Assembly: GCA_963801015.1 (NCBI GenBank) | Contig: CAWDCV010000003.1 | Span: 266,886-330,885 of the forward strand | Direction: 5' to 3' | Source: an uncultured Actinomycetota bacterium | GTDB taxonomy: Bacteria; Actinomycetota; Actinomycetes; CAWDCV01 | Length of the DNA stretch: 64,000 bases | Part shown: positions 7,137 through 15,647 of the stretch, one piece after another | Position numbering within the stretch: the stretch's first letter is position 1 | Layout of the letters: every line of letters starts with the position of its first letter | Translations under genes and position numbers: made by a program | Notes under the pieces: model-generated | What the model saw: the letters and a program-made list of their open reading frames with translations, nothing else | Told to the model about the DNA's origin: nothing | Database searches by the model: none

Positions 7137-9929
7137 ATGTCGCTCGTCGCCGGCCTGCGTGCCGTCATCGAGGGTGAGGTCGACGACTCCACGCGGCGCC
7201 GCGCCGAGTACTCCACTGACGCCAGCAACTACCGCGTCGTGCCCATTGCGGTCGTGTTCCCGCGCACCCGCGACGACCTCCTAGCGCTCGTGGCGTGGGC
7301 AAGGGAGACCAGCACCTCCGTCACGATGCGCGGCGGTGGAACGTCGGTCGCCGGCAATGCTGTCGGCCCTGGGGTGGTCGTGGACACCTCACGCCATCTC
7401 GGCCGAGTGTTGTCGATCGATCCGCAACGACGCCGAGCCACAGTCGAACCCGGTGTCGTGCTCGCTGACCTGCAGACCGCGGCGGCACCCTTCGGGCTGC
7501 GCTTCGGACCTGATCCGTCGACTCAAGCGCGGGCGACAATCGGCGGCATGGTCGGCAACAACGCCTGTGGTCCGCGGACCGTGGCGTACGGGAGAACAGC
7601 CGACAACGTTGCCTCACTCGATGTCATCGACGGCGCCGGGCGCTCGTTCACCGCCGGGCCGGGCATGGTGGTACTTCCGGAGCTGGAGCAGCTCGTCGCG
7701 CACCGGCTCGCGGTCATCCGCACCGAGTTGGGCAGGTTCTCGCGGCAGATGTCCGGATACGCGCTGGAGCATCTGCTGCCCGAACGCGAACCGAACCTTG
7801 CGCGCGCTTTGGTCGGCTCGGAGGGCACGCTCTGCGTGGTGACCGAGGCGGAAGTCGACCTGGTGCCGCGAGAGCAGTCGCCGGCGCTGGCAGTCCTCGG
7901 GTACGCGACGCTGGCGGACGCCGCAGAAGCGGTTCCCGCGATGCTCGCCCAGCGACCGCTGGCCGTGGAGGGTCTGGATTCGCGGCTCGTCGAGGTCGTC
8001 CGCCGGCGGCGCGGCCCTGGTGCGGTTCCCGACCTGCCTCGCGGGCGCGGCTGGTTGATGGTGGAGACCGGAGGAGCGACGCCGGGAGCCGCTCTCGCAG
8101 CGGCGCGCGCCATCGTCGACGTGGGACAGGCTCTGGATGCCCTGATCGTGTCCGCGGGACCGGAGGCGCTCGCGCTCTGGCGGATCCGCGAGGACGGTGC
8201 CGGCCTGTCTGGACGTGCTCCTGACGGGCGCCCAGCGTGGCCAGGCTGGGAGGACGCTGCGGTCCCGATCACGCGTCTCGGAAGCTATTTACGCGAGTTC
8301 GACACGCTCATGGACGGCTACGGCGTGCACGGCTTCCCGTACGGCCACTTCGGTGACGGCTGCATCCACGTCCGGCTCAGCCTTCCGCTGGACGACAGCA
8401 GGGGCGTTGCGGTCGCCCGGCGCTTCCTCGAGGACGCGGCCCGGCTCGTTGCCGAACACGGCGGCTCCCTGTGCGGAGAACACGGGGATGGCCGCGCCCG
8501 GAGCGAGCTGCTGCCCCTCATGTACTCGGCTGACGCCATCGACACCTTTGCGGCGGTCAAGGCGCTTTTCGATCCTGACGACATCCTCAATCCCGGCGTC
8601 GTGGTTCGGCCGCGTCCACTCGACGTCGACCTGCGCCGCCCCCAGGCGCGCCCGCTCTCCATCGCGGGAGGCATGGCGTTCCGGCACGACGGTGGTGACG
8701 TCACCGCCGCCTTCCACCGCTGCGTCGGCGTCGGGAAATGCCGCGCCGACACGACGCTCACCGGCGGCTTCATGTGTCCGTCGTACCTGGCAACGCGTGA
8801 CGAGAAGGACAGCACGCGAGGCCGCGCGCGGGTCCTGCAGGAGGCGGTCAACGGGACCCTCGTGCTCAACGGCTTGTCATCGCGAGAGGTCGCTGAGTCA
8901 CTCGATCTGTGCCTGTCGTGCAAGGCATGCTCGAGCGACTGCCCGGCCGGCGTGGACATGGCGATGTACAAGTCCGAGGTCCTACATCGCCGCTTCCGGC
9001 GTCGGTCACGGCCGCGCAGTCACTATGCACTGGGCTGGTTGCCGCGGTGGCTGCGCATGCCTGGGCCGGTGCCGGCGCTGGTGAATGCCGCTGTCACCGT
9101 TCCGGCGTTGCGCAACGTGCTGCTCGCGGCCGCGGGCATCGACAGGCGCAGGTCGGTTCCATCGCTCGCCCGGCGCTCATTCGTCGGTCGCCGGCGGCGC
9201 AGCGTCCCCGCGGCCCGGGACTTGCCTCCAGTGCTGCTGTGGGTGGATTCCTTCAGCAAGGGTTTCGATCCCGCCGTTGCGACAGCAGCGGAACAGGTGT
9301 TGCGTGCTGCGGGATACGACGTCGTCGTGGCGCCGCGTTTCCTGTGCTGCGGACTGACGTGGATTACCACCGGGCAGCTCGACGGGGCCCGACGTCGTCT
9401 CCGACGACTGCTCGACGCCTTCGATCCGACAGCGTCGCAGGGCGTGCCGATCGTGGGCCTCGAGCCGTCGTGCGTCGCAGTGCTGCGTTCCGACCTGTTG
9501 GAGCTGCTCCCAGACGATCCGCGATCAGCGCGCGTCGCCCGTCAGGTCGTCACCCTCGCCGAGGTGCTCGAGGGCCCAACACCGCGCGAGGGATGGCGCC
9601 CCGACCTGTCTGGCGTGCGCGTGATCGCCCAGCCGCACTGCCATCAGCACGCGGTGATGGGCTACGCCGCCGAGCAGCGGCTGCTCGCAGCGTGCGGAGC
9701 AGACGTACGCGTGCTGACTGGGTGCTGCGGGATGGCGGGAAACTTCGGCATGGAGCGCGGACACTACGAGGTCTCGGTCGCGATTGCCGAACACGCACTC
9801 CTGCCGGCACTGCGAGAGATGCCGGACGCCGTCCTCGTCGCCGACGGCTTCTCCTGCCGCACCCAGGCCGCCGACCTGGCCGGCGTACGGGGTGTGCACG
9901 TTGCACAGCTACTGACGAGAACCAAGTGA
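7137..9929 (+). CDS. FAD-binding oxidase fused to Fe-S/CCG domains (GlcD-GlcF-like, D-lactate/glycolate oxidase family)
   Basis: FAD_binding_4-like N-terminus (VVFPRTRDDL...MRGGGTSVAGNAVG), 4Fe-4S motifs (CVGVGKCRAD..., CLSCKACSSDCPAGVD) and two cysteine-rich CCG-type repeats (FLCCGLTW, LTGCCGMAGNFG). Confidence 0.9.
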   Translation: MSLVAGLRAVIEGEVDDSTRRRAEYSTDASNYRVVPIAVVFPRTRDDLLALVAWARETSTSVTMRGGGTSVAGNAVGPGVVVDTSRHLGRVLSIDPQRRRATVEPGVVLADLQTAAAPFGLRFGPDPSTQARATIGGMVGNNACGPRTVAYGRTADNVASLDVIDGAGRSFTAGPGMVVLPELEQLVAHRLAVIRTELGRFSRQMSGYALEHLLPEREPNLARALVGSEGTLCVVTEAEVDLVPREQSPALAVLGYATLADAAEAVPAMLAQRPLAVEGLDSRLVEVVRRRRGPGAVPDLPRGRGWLMVETGGATPGAALAAARAIVDVGQALDALIVSAGPEALALWRIREDGAGLSGRAPDGRPAWPGWEDAAVPITRLGSYLREFDTLMDGYGVHGFPYGHFGDGCIHVRLSLPLDDSRGVAVARRFLEDAARLVAEHGGSLCGEHGDGRARSELLPLMYSADAIDTFAAVKALFDPDDILNPGVVVRPRPLDVDLRRPQARPLSIAGGMAFRHDGGDVTAAFHRCVGVGKCRADTTLTGGFMCPSYLATRDEKDSTRGRARVLQEAVNGTLVLNGLSSREVAESLDLCLSCKACSSDCPAGVDMAMYKSEVLHRRFRRRSRPRSHYALGWLPRWLRMPGPVPALVNAAVTVPALRNVLLAAAGIDRRRSVPSLARRSFVGRRRRSVPAARDLPPVLLWVDSFSKGFDPAVATAAEQVLRAAGYDVVVAPRFLCCGLTWITTGQLDGARRRLRRLLDAFDPTASQGVPIVGLEPSCVAVLRSDLLELLPDDPRSARVARQVVTLAEVLEGPTPREGWRPDLSGVRVIAQPHCHQHAVMGYAAEQRLLAACGADVRVLTGCCGMAGNFGMERGHYEVSVAIAEHALLPALREMPDAVLVADGFSCRTQAADLAGVRGVHVAQLLTRTK

Positions 9930-10031
9930 TTGCGAATCAGGACTACCGATGAGGAACAGACCCGGCAGCTTCCCCGGTAGTTGCTGGCGTGCCATCGGCG
10001 AGCGAAGGAGTTCGTAACGCTGATCGCTCAA
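9909..10031 (-). pseudogene. RelE/ParE-family toxin remnant (N-terminal ~20 aa of homology only)
   Basis: TTG 10031 overlaps the restored antitoxin stop (TTGA). It reads LSDQRYELLRSPMARQQLPGKLP..., matching the YELxxxPxAxRQLxxLP N-terminus of RelE/ParE toxins. It then degenerates and stops at 9909, inside the 3' end of the oxidase gene. Confidence 0.4.
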
Positions 10032-10373
10032 CTCGATGCACTGTGTCGGAGCATCGCCTCGCCGAGCATCTCCTCGCTCTCGCCTTCTCCCCGCGCCAAC
10101 TCAGCGTCCGAGGCAACCAAATTGACGAAGGGCGTCGCTGTCCGCGAGAACCGCGATCGTCTCCTCGAGTGACTGCAGATCCTCTTGGGCCAGCAGGACA
10201 GCCGAAGGCCGGCCGTCGACGGTAACTGTGACTCGCTCATGCTGCCAACGTCCGCTCCACGACTGCCGGGCCTGCTCGAGCAGGTCGTCAGGGAGGGCCC
10301 AGATTCGACGTCCATGTCGTCGAGCAGCGCGGAGACACTCCTGCTGCGACGTCAGGCCCAGAGCATCGCTCAC
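10028..10373 (-). pseudogene. Phd/YefM-family antitoxin, frameshifted
   Basis: ORF 10101-10373 carries HERVTVTVDGRPSAVLLAQEDLQSLEETIAVLADSDALRQ and then ends as FGCLGR*. The expected C-terminus LVASDAELARGEGESEEMLGEAMLRH continues in the next frame to 10028. One extra T in the TTT run (plus strand AAA 10119-10121) explains the shift. Confidence 0.6.
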
Positions 10374-10385
10374 GCGCGACGTCTG

Positions 10386-10853
10386 TCAGCCGGGCGGACC
10401 AAGGGCGAGCGTCATCGTGGTGCTGTAGGGGTTCGCGGTGTAGTCGCCGAACGGTGCACACGGGACGAAGCCGACGCTGGCATACAGCGACCGGGCAGCT
10501 GCGAAGGCATCCATCGTCCCGGTCTCGAGACTGACCCGGGTGTTGCCTCGATCAGCAGCAGTCCGGAGCAGGTGAACGAGCATGGTGCAACCGACACCCT
10601 GCCCGCGCGCGATCGCGCTCGTGTGCATCGACTTCACCTCGGCATGGCGGCTGTCGAGCTGCTTCAGCGCACCGACGGCGAGCAGCGCACCGTCCCGGCG
10701 GGCACTGAAGAACGAGGCCGCGGGATCGAGCAGCCCACCGAGGTCGAGAGCGTGCACGTGCTCGGGCGGCGACGCCTCGCGGGCGAAGGGCAGATGCTGC
10801 TCGAGTAGGGCACGAACGTCTTCGCGCCGCGGATCGTCGGGCGCGATGCACAC
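10386..10853 (-). CDS. GNAT family N-acetyltransferase
   Basis: Acetyl-CoA motif A (VKSMHTSAIARGQGVGCTMLVHLL). The ORF-track start 11018 overlaps the glnA 3' end, so GTG 10853 (VCIAPDDPRRE...) is chosen. Confidence 0.8.
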   Translation of the reverse strand: MCIAPDDPRREDVRALLEQHLPFAREASPPEHVHALDLGGLLDPAASFFSARRDGALLAVGALKQLDSRHAEVKSMHTSAIARGQGVGCTMLVHLLRTAADRGNTRVSLETGTMDAFAAARSLYASVGFVPCAPFGDYTANPYSTTMTLALGPPG

Positions 10854-10902
10854 GCGAGGGAGCCGCCGACCCGGGGACGTCCAGGTCAGCGGCTCCGACG
10901 AC

Positions 10903-12327
10903 TCACAGGTCGTAGTAGAGCTCGAACTCGTGCGGGTGCGGGCGGAGGCGGATCGGGTCGATCTCGTTCTCCCGCTTCCACAGCACCCAGGTGTCGATGA
11001 GGTCGGGCGTGAAGACATCGCCCTCGAGCAGGTAGGCGTGGTCTTCCTCGAGTGCGTCGAGCACCGCCGGCAGCGATCCCGGGACCTGCTGCACGGAGAT
11101 GTGCTCGTCCGGCGGGAGCTCGTACAGGTCCTTGTCGATGGGGTCGGCGGGCTCCATCTTGTTGCGGATGCCGTCGAGGCCGGCCATGAGCATCGCCGAG
11201 AAGGCGAGGTAGGGGTTGCAGGACGGGTCGGGCACGCGGAACTCGAGCCGCTTGGCCTTGGCGTTCGGCCCGGTGATCGGGATCCGGATGCAGGCGGACC
11301 GGTTGCGCTGTGAGTACACGAGGTTCACCGGCGCCTCGAAACCGGGCACGAGCCGGTGGTAGCTGTTGACGGTCGGACACGTGAACGCCAGCAGCGACGG
11401 GGCGTGCGCGAGCAAGCCGCCGATGTACCAGCGCGCCGCGTCCGACAGGCCGGCGTAGCCGAGTTCGTCGTAGAACAGCGGCTCGCCGGCCTTCCACAGC
11501 GACTGGTGGCAGTGCATGCCCGAGCCGTTGTCGCCGAACAGTGGCTTCGGCATGAACGTTGCCGTCTTGCCCGCGGCCCACGCGGTGTTCTTGATGACGT
11601 ACTTGTAGAGCATCAGCTTGTCGGCTGCGTGAAGCAGGCTGTCGAAGCGGTAGTTGATCTCCGCCTGTCCAGCGGTGCCCACCTCGTGGTGAGCGCGCTC
11701 CACCTCGATGCCGACAGCGCCGAGGTTCGCGACCATGTCGTCGCGCAGATCGGCGTAGTGGTCGACCGGCGGCACCGGGAAGTAACCGCCCTTGTACCGC
11801 GTCTTGTAGCCGCGGTTGCCGCCCTCCTCGACGCGGCCGGTGTTCCACTGGCCCTCGACCGAGTCGATGAAGTAGTAGCCGGCGTTCTGCCGGGTCTCGA
11901 AACGGATGTCGTCGAAGACGTAGAACTCCGCTTCTGGACCGAAGTAGACCGTGTCCGCGATGCCGGTGGAGGCGAGGTGGGCCTCGGCCTTGGCGGCAAT
12001 GTTGCGTGGGTCGCGACTGTACGGCTCGTCGGTCAGCGGGTCGAGAATGTCGAAGTTCAGCGCGAGCGTCTTGCGCACCCGGAACGGGTCGACGAATGCC
12101 GTCGTGGGATCGGGCTTCAGCTTCATGTCCGACTCGTGGATCTCCTGGAAGCCACGGATCGACGAGCCGTCGAACATCAGGCCGGTGATGAACGCGTCCT
12201 CGTCGAAGGCGCTCGCCGGCATCGTGAAGTGCTGCATGACGCCCGGCAAATCGCAGAACCGGACGTCGACGTACTCCACGCCCTCGTCCTTGATGTAGCT
12301 CAGGACCTCGTCGGCGTTCTCGAACAT
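10903..12327 (-). CDS. glnA: type I glutamine synthetase
   Basis: [37 protein letters not shown]... is the canonical actinobacterial GlnA1 N-terminus. 474 aa. GGGAGG RBS lies 4 nt upstream of ATG 12327; the upstream ORF extension is rejected. Confidence 0.95.
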   Translation of the reverse strand: MFENADEVLSYIKDEGVEYVDVRFCDLPGVMQHFTMPASAFDEDAFITGLMFDGSSIRGFQEIHESDMKLKPDPTTAFVDPFRVRKTLALNFDILDPLTDEPYSRDPRNIAAKAEAHLASTGIADTVYFGPEAEFYVFDDIRFETRQNAGYYFIDSVEGQWNTGRVEEGGNRGYKTRYKGGYFPVPPVDHYADLRDDMVANLGAVGIEVERAHHEVGTAGQAEINYRFDSLLHAADKLMLYKYVIKNTAWAAGKTATFMPKPLFGDNGSGMHCHQSLWKAGEPLFYDELGYAGLSDAARWYIGGLLAHAPSLLAFTCPTVNSYHRLVPGFEAPVNLVYSQRNRSACIRIPITGPNAKAKRLEFRVPDPSCNPYLAFSAMLMAGLDGIRNKMEPADPIDKDLYELPPDEHISVQQVPGSLPAVLDALEEDHAYLLEGDVFTPDLIDTWVLWKRENEIDPIRLRPHPHEFELYYDL

Positions 12328-12413
12328 CCAACCTCCCTTGTCCGGGAGCCGGATGCGCCCGGAGTGACGTCCGCGACAGTAGGTGAGGGCAGTTTCTCGG
12401 CCATTGCTCTGGT

Positions 12414-12449
12414 GTTTCGCCGGTGTTACCCACCTGGTCGCAGTGTTAC
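12414..12449 (-). promoter_or_regulatory. candidate GlnR operator upstream of glnA
   Basis: Minus strand: GTAAC-ACTGCG-ACCAG-GTGG-GTAAC-ACCGGC-GAAAC. The proximal box fits the published GTnAC-n6-GAAAC consensus exactly; the distal box has a good a-site and a degenerate b-site. It lies 87-122 nt upstream of the glnA ATG. Confidence 0.4.
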
Positions 12450-12509
12450 GGCAGAGGTCAACGGTGGCCCCGACGTGCAACATCGGGGCGCGCCACTAGC
12501 CTCGTTGTC

Positions 12510-12947
12510 GTGGATCGTACGGGGGCCGCGACCGGCGACGGCGCCGGCCCGACCCCGCAGGCGTACCCGGGTCAGCGGCTCGGCCGACCACAGTCCGGTC
12601 CCGGATCGGTGGCGAGTTTCGGCCCGCGGCTGCTCGCATTCATCCTCGACTCGGCGATGAGCCTGCTCGTCGCGCTGCTGCTCTTCCGACCGCTGGAGCA
12701 GTGGACGGTCAGCGCCGTCTTCGCTGTCGAGGTCCTGATCCTCACCGCATTCGGCGGGGCAAGCGCGGGGCAGCGCGTGGTCGGCATGCGGGTCGTGCGG
12801 ATGTCCGACGGCGACCCGATCGCCATTCCTGCCGCCATCGTGCGGACTGCACTGCTCCTGCTGATCATTCCGGCGATCATCTGGGACGCCGATGGGCGCG
12901 GCCTGCATGACAAGGCCGCCGGCACGGTGCTGATCCGCACCCGCTAG
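12510..12947 (+). CDS. RDD family membrane protein
   Basis: RLLAFILDSAMSLLVALLLF..., GQRVVGMRVV..., RGLHDKAAGTVLI are RDD-domain hallmarks. Position next to glnA1 matches Rv2219A. GTG 12510 chosen as start. Confidence 0.8.
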   Translation: MDRTGAATGDGAGPTPQAYPGQRLGRPQSGPGSVASFGPRLLAFILDSAMSLLVALLLFRPLEQWTVSAVFAVEVLILTAFGGASAGQRVVGMRVVRMSDGDPIAIPAAIVRTALLLLIIPAIIWDADGRGLHDKAAGTVLIRTR

Positions 12948-12954
12948 GCGACGC

Positions 12955-13635
12955 TTAGCGGGAGGGTGGGCGCGGCATCTTCGGCATGCGAGCGTTGCGG
13001 GGGAGCGGTCCCTTGGGCACCGGCAGCGGCTGCTGCGGCAGGGCGCGCAACCGGTTGTTGACCTCACGTACCTCGGCAGGGCGCAGATTGCGCGGCAGCT
13101 TCGCCAGATGTGAGGGGAGCTTGCGCAGCTGAACCTGGCCGTCTGCGTCGCCGACCACCACGTCGTACACCGGCGCCTCGGGCACGAACCGGCTGATCTT
13201 GCGCTTCTCGGCGGTCAGTAGCCCGGTCAACCGCGTCGGCGAACCTTCGCCGACGAGCACGATGCCGGGACGCCCCACCGCGCGGTGAACGATGTCCTGG
13301 TTCCGCGTCACCGCGATCGCCGGCGTGACGGTCCAGCCGCGGCGCAGCGTGTTCAGTACCCCGGCCGCCGCCCCCGGTTGGCCCTCGATCTGGCGGTAGG
13401 CAGCGCGTTCGGCGCGCCGACCGAAGACAATCACCACGACGAGCAGGGCCGGCGTGATGCCGAGCAGTCCCCAGATGATGGGCGCACCGGTGACGAGTCC
13501 GATCACGACGAAGATCAGCAGCGTGCCCAACGCGCACGCGAGCAGGATCCAGCCGATAGCCGGGTCGGCCTTGCGTGTCATGCGATAGGCGACGCCGATC
13601 TGCCGCAGCCGTGCGAACCGCTCCTTGCGAGCCAT
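12955..13635 (-). CDS. DUF4191 domain-containing membrane protein
   Basis: MARKERFARLRQIGVAYRMTRKADP..., then two TM helices and a soluble C-terminus. This is the typical Rv2219-like protein between glnA1 and lipA. Confidence 0.85.
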   Translation of the reverse strand: MARKERFARLRQIGVAYRMTRKADPAIGWILLACALGTLLIFVVIGLVTGAPIIWGLLGITPALLVVVIVFGRRAERAAYRQIEGQPGAAAGVLNTLRRGWTVTPAIAVTRNQDIVHRAVGRPGIVLVGEGSPTRLTGLLTAEKRKISRFVPEAPVYDVVVGDADGQVQLRKLPSHLAKLPRNLRPAEVREVNNRLRALPQQPLPVPKGPLPRNARMPKMPRPPSR

Positions 13636-13675
13636 GCACGGAGGATACGTGGCTGGCGATGGTGCTAGCCGTGGC

Positions 13676-13840
13676 TCAACGGCGGCGCAGGACCGCCTCC
13701 AGTTCCTGCCATCCGGCGTCGATGTTGTTCATCTCGTTCTCGCAGACCGCCTCCCACGCATTGCGTTGAGATTGGCGGTGGACGGCCCGCGTCACCCATT
13801 CGACGAGGGACGTCGCGCTACGCAGGAGGGTGGACTGCAC
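13676..13840 (-). CDS. possible small ORF (54 aa) in the lipA-DUF4191 gap
   Basis: GTG 13840...TGA 13676: VQSTLLRSATSLVEWVTRAVHRQSQRNAWEAVCENEMNNIDAGWQELEAVLRRR. Third codon positions are mostly G/C. It fills an otherwise unexplained 270-nt gap. No RBS seen and no family recognised. Confidence 0.25.
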   Translation of the reverse strand: MQSTLLRSATSLVEWVTRAVHRQSQRNAWEAVCENEMNNIDAGWQELEAVLRRR

Positions 13841-13905
13841 GAACTCAGGCTTGGGCAGTGAGGTTACGTCCGCGTTCTGGGCATGAGAACTCGTCGCAAC
13901 AACGC

Positions 13906-14838
13906 TCAGGCCGGCTCGCGTGCCTGGACTGCCTGCGCGTACAACCGTCCCGCCCGATAGGACGAACGCACCAGCGGGCCGGACAAGACTCCGACGAAGC
14001 CGAGCGACTCCGCCTCCTGGCTGAGCTCGACGAACTCCTCCGGTCGCACCCACCGGGTCACCGGGTGGTGGCGTACGGAGGGCCGCAGGTACTGCGTGAT
14101 GGTCAACAGATCGCAGCCCGCGTTGCGCAGTTCCCGCATTGCGTCGGTCACCTCGGCGCGCTCCTCGCCCATGCCGAGGATGAGGTTGGACTTCGTCACC
14201 AGGCCGGCTGCGCGCGCCTGCCGGATCACGTCCAGCGAGCGGTCGTAGCGGAAGCCAGGGCGGATGTGCTTGAAGATGCGCGGCACGGTCTCGAGGTTGT
14301 GCGCGAGTACCTCCGGCTCGGACCCGAAGACCTCGTCGAGCAGCGCCGGCGTGGCGTTGAAGTCGGGGATGAGTACCTCGACGCCGGTCCCCGGGTTGAG
14401 CGCGTGGATCTGCCGGACGGTCTCGGCGTAGAGCCAGGCACCGCCATCGGCCAGGTCGTCACGGGCCACCCCGGTCACCGTGGCGTACCGCAGGCCCATC
14501 GCCTGCACCGACTCGGCCACGCGTCGGGGCTCGTCGACGTCGAGGGCCGCGGGCTTGCCGGTGTCGATCTGGCAGAAATCGCAGCGTCGCGTGCACTGGT
14601 CGCCGCCGATGAGGAAGGTCGCCTCGCGGTCCTCCCAGCACTCATAGATGTTGGGACAGCCGGCCTCTTCACAGACCGTGTGCAGTCCTTCGCGCCGCAC
14701 CAGCGCCTTCAGCTCTGTGTACTCCGGACCGGTGCGCAGCTTGGTCTTGATCCACGCCGGCTTCTTCTCGATCGGCGTCTGCGCGTTGCGCACCTCGAGG
14801 CGGAGGAGCTTCCGGCCGTCAGGCATGACAGCGGTCAC
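13906..14838 (-). CDS. lipA: lipoyl synthase
   Basis: Radical-SAM CxxxCxxC ([10 protein letters not shown]) plus the N-terminal [12 protein letters not shown] cluster motif. GTG 14838 is preceded by GGGAGGAG. Confidence 0.95.
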   Translation of the reverse strand: MTAVMPDGRKLLRLEVRNAQTPIEKKPAWIKTKLRTGPEYTELKALVRREGLHTVCEEAGCPNIYECWEDREATFLIGGDQCTRRCDFCQIDTGKPAALDVDEPRRVAESVQAMGLRYATVTGVARDDLADGGAWLYAETVRQIHALNPGTGVEVLIPDFNATPALLDEVFGSEPEVLAHNLETVPRIFKHIRPGFRYDRSLDVIRQARAAGLVTKSNLILGMGEERAEVTDAMRELRNAGCDLLTITQYLRPSVRHHPVTRWVRPEEFVELSQEAESLGFVGVLSGPLVRSSYRAGRLYAQAVQAREPA

Positions 14839-14896
14839 GGTGCTCCTCCCTCGAGTGCGTACGTTGGCCAGCAAATGCTCGGTAGGCCCATCCAGG

Positions 14897-15547
14897 CTAC
14901 GCCGGCACCGCCGCCGGCTGCCGGACGAGCAGTGTCGGCAAGTGTCGCTCCACGACCGGGAGGACATCGTCCACCGACACCGGGCGGTGCAGCTCCGCCG
15001 ACAGCGAGGTCACGCTCGCATCGCGGATTCCGCACGGCACGATCCGGTCGAACCACGACAGGTCGCAGTCGCAGTTCAGAGCGAAGCCGTGCATCGTGAC
15101 GCCACGAGAAACCCGAATGCCGATGGCCGCGACCTTGCGGTCCTGCACGTCATCGATGCCGCGGACCCACACCCCGCTACGCCCCGTCACCCGCTCCGCC
15201 GCGAGTCCGATCTCAGCGCAGACGTCGATGAGCACCTGCTCCATCCGGCGCACATAGGCGACCACGTCGACCGGGTCCTGCAGCGCGACGATCGGGTAGC
15301 CGACCAGCTGTCCGGGACCGTGCCAGGTGATCTTGCCGCCCCGGTCCACGTCGACTACGGGCGTGCCGTCGACGGGCCGATCCATTGGCTCGGTACGGCG
15401 CCCCGCGGTGTAGACCGGGGGGTGCTGCAGAAGCAGGACGGTGTCGCCGATGTCGCCGGCGACGCGGGCGGCATGGAGGCGGCGTTGCTCGTTCCAGGCT
15501 GCGTCGTACGGCAGCTCGCCGACGTAAGTAACCTGCAACGCTGTCAC
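14897..15547 (-). CDS. lipB: lipoyl(octanoyl) transferase
   Basis: [19 protein letters not shown] and [21 protein letters not shown] are LipB signature regions. It lies upstream of lipA. Confidence 0.95.
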   Translation of the reverse strand: MTALQVTYVGELPYDAAWNEQRRLHAARVAGDIGDTVLLLQHPPVYTAGRRTEPMDRPVDGTPVVDVDRGGKITWHGPGQLVGYPIVALQDPVDVVAYVRRMEQVLIDVCAEIGLAAERVTGRSGVWVRGIDDVQDRKVAAIGIRVSRGVTMHGFALNCDCDLSWFDRIVPCGIRDASVTSLSAELHRPVSVDDVLPVVERHLPTLLVRQPAAVPA

Positions 15548-15554
15548 CCGGTCA

Positions 15555-15629
15555 GCGTACGTGCCGTTGGCCCGGCGAGCCGCTGAGCAGCGGCCCTGCG
15601 AGGATCGAGGGACACACCCTCACGTACGC
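15555..15629. repeat. nested inverted repeats in the lipB/mmpL divergent intergenic region
   Basis: GCGTACGTG (15555-15563) and its exact complement CACGTACGC (15621-15629) flank an inner 7-bp-arm palindrome GCCGCTGagCAGCGGC (15579-15594). They end just before the AAGGAG RBS of the MmpL gene. Confidence 0.3.
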
Positions 15630-15647
15630 GCAAGGAGCCCCTCCCGC

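Noticed and set aside
8289-8291. Rare TTA (Leu) codon in the FAD/Fe-S oxidase gene as a bldA-type regulatory signal
   Set aside because: TTA-based control is established only for Streptomyces. The taxon here is unknown, and a single codon is not evidence.
10386-10853. GNAT acetyltransferase as the toxin partner of the adjacent Phd-like antitoxin
   Set aside because: GNAT toxins (TacT/AtaT type) pair with RHH/DUF1778 antitoxins encoded upstream. Here the antitoxin is Phd/YefM type, lies downstream, and has its own RelE/ParE stub.
10886-12660. Long ORFs 10886-12433 (-, 515 aa) and 11356-12660 (+, 434 aa) overlapping glnA
   Set aside because: Both are alternative-frame or antisense shadows of the unmistakable GlnA frame. 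Their products are Arg/Pro/Gly/Ala-rich with no motifs, which is typical in high-GC DNA where stops are rare off-frame.
13858-15099. 413-aa plus-strand ORF across lipA/lipB
   Set aside because: It is antisense to two well-supported genes and has a low-complexity Arg/Gly/Pro-rich translation.
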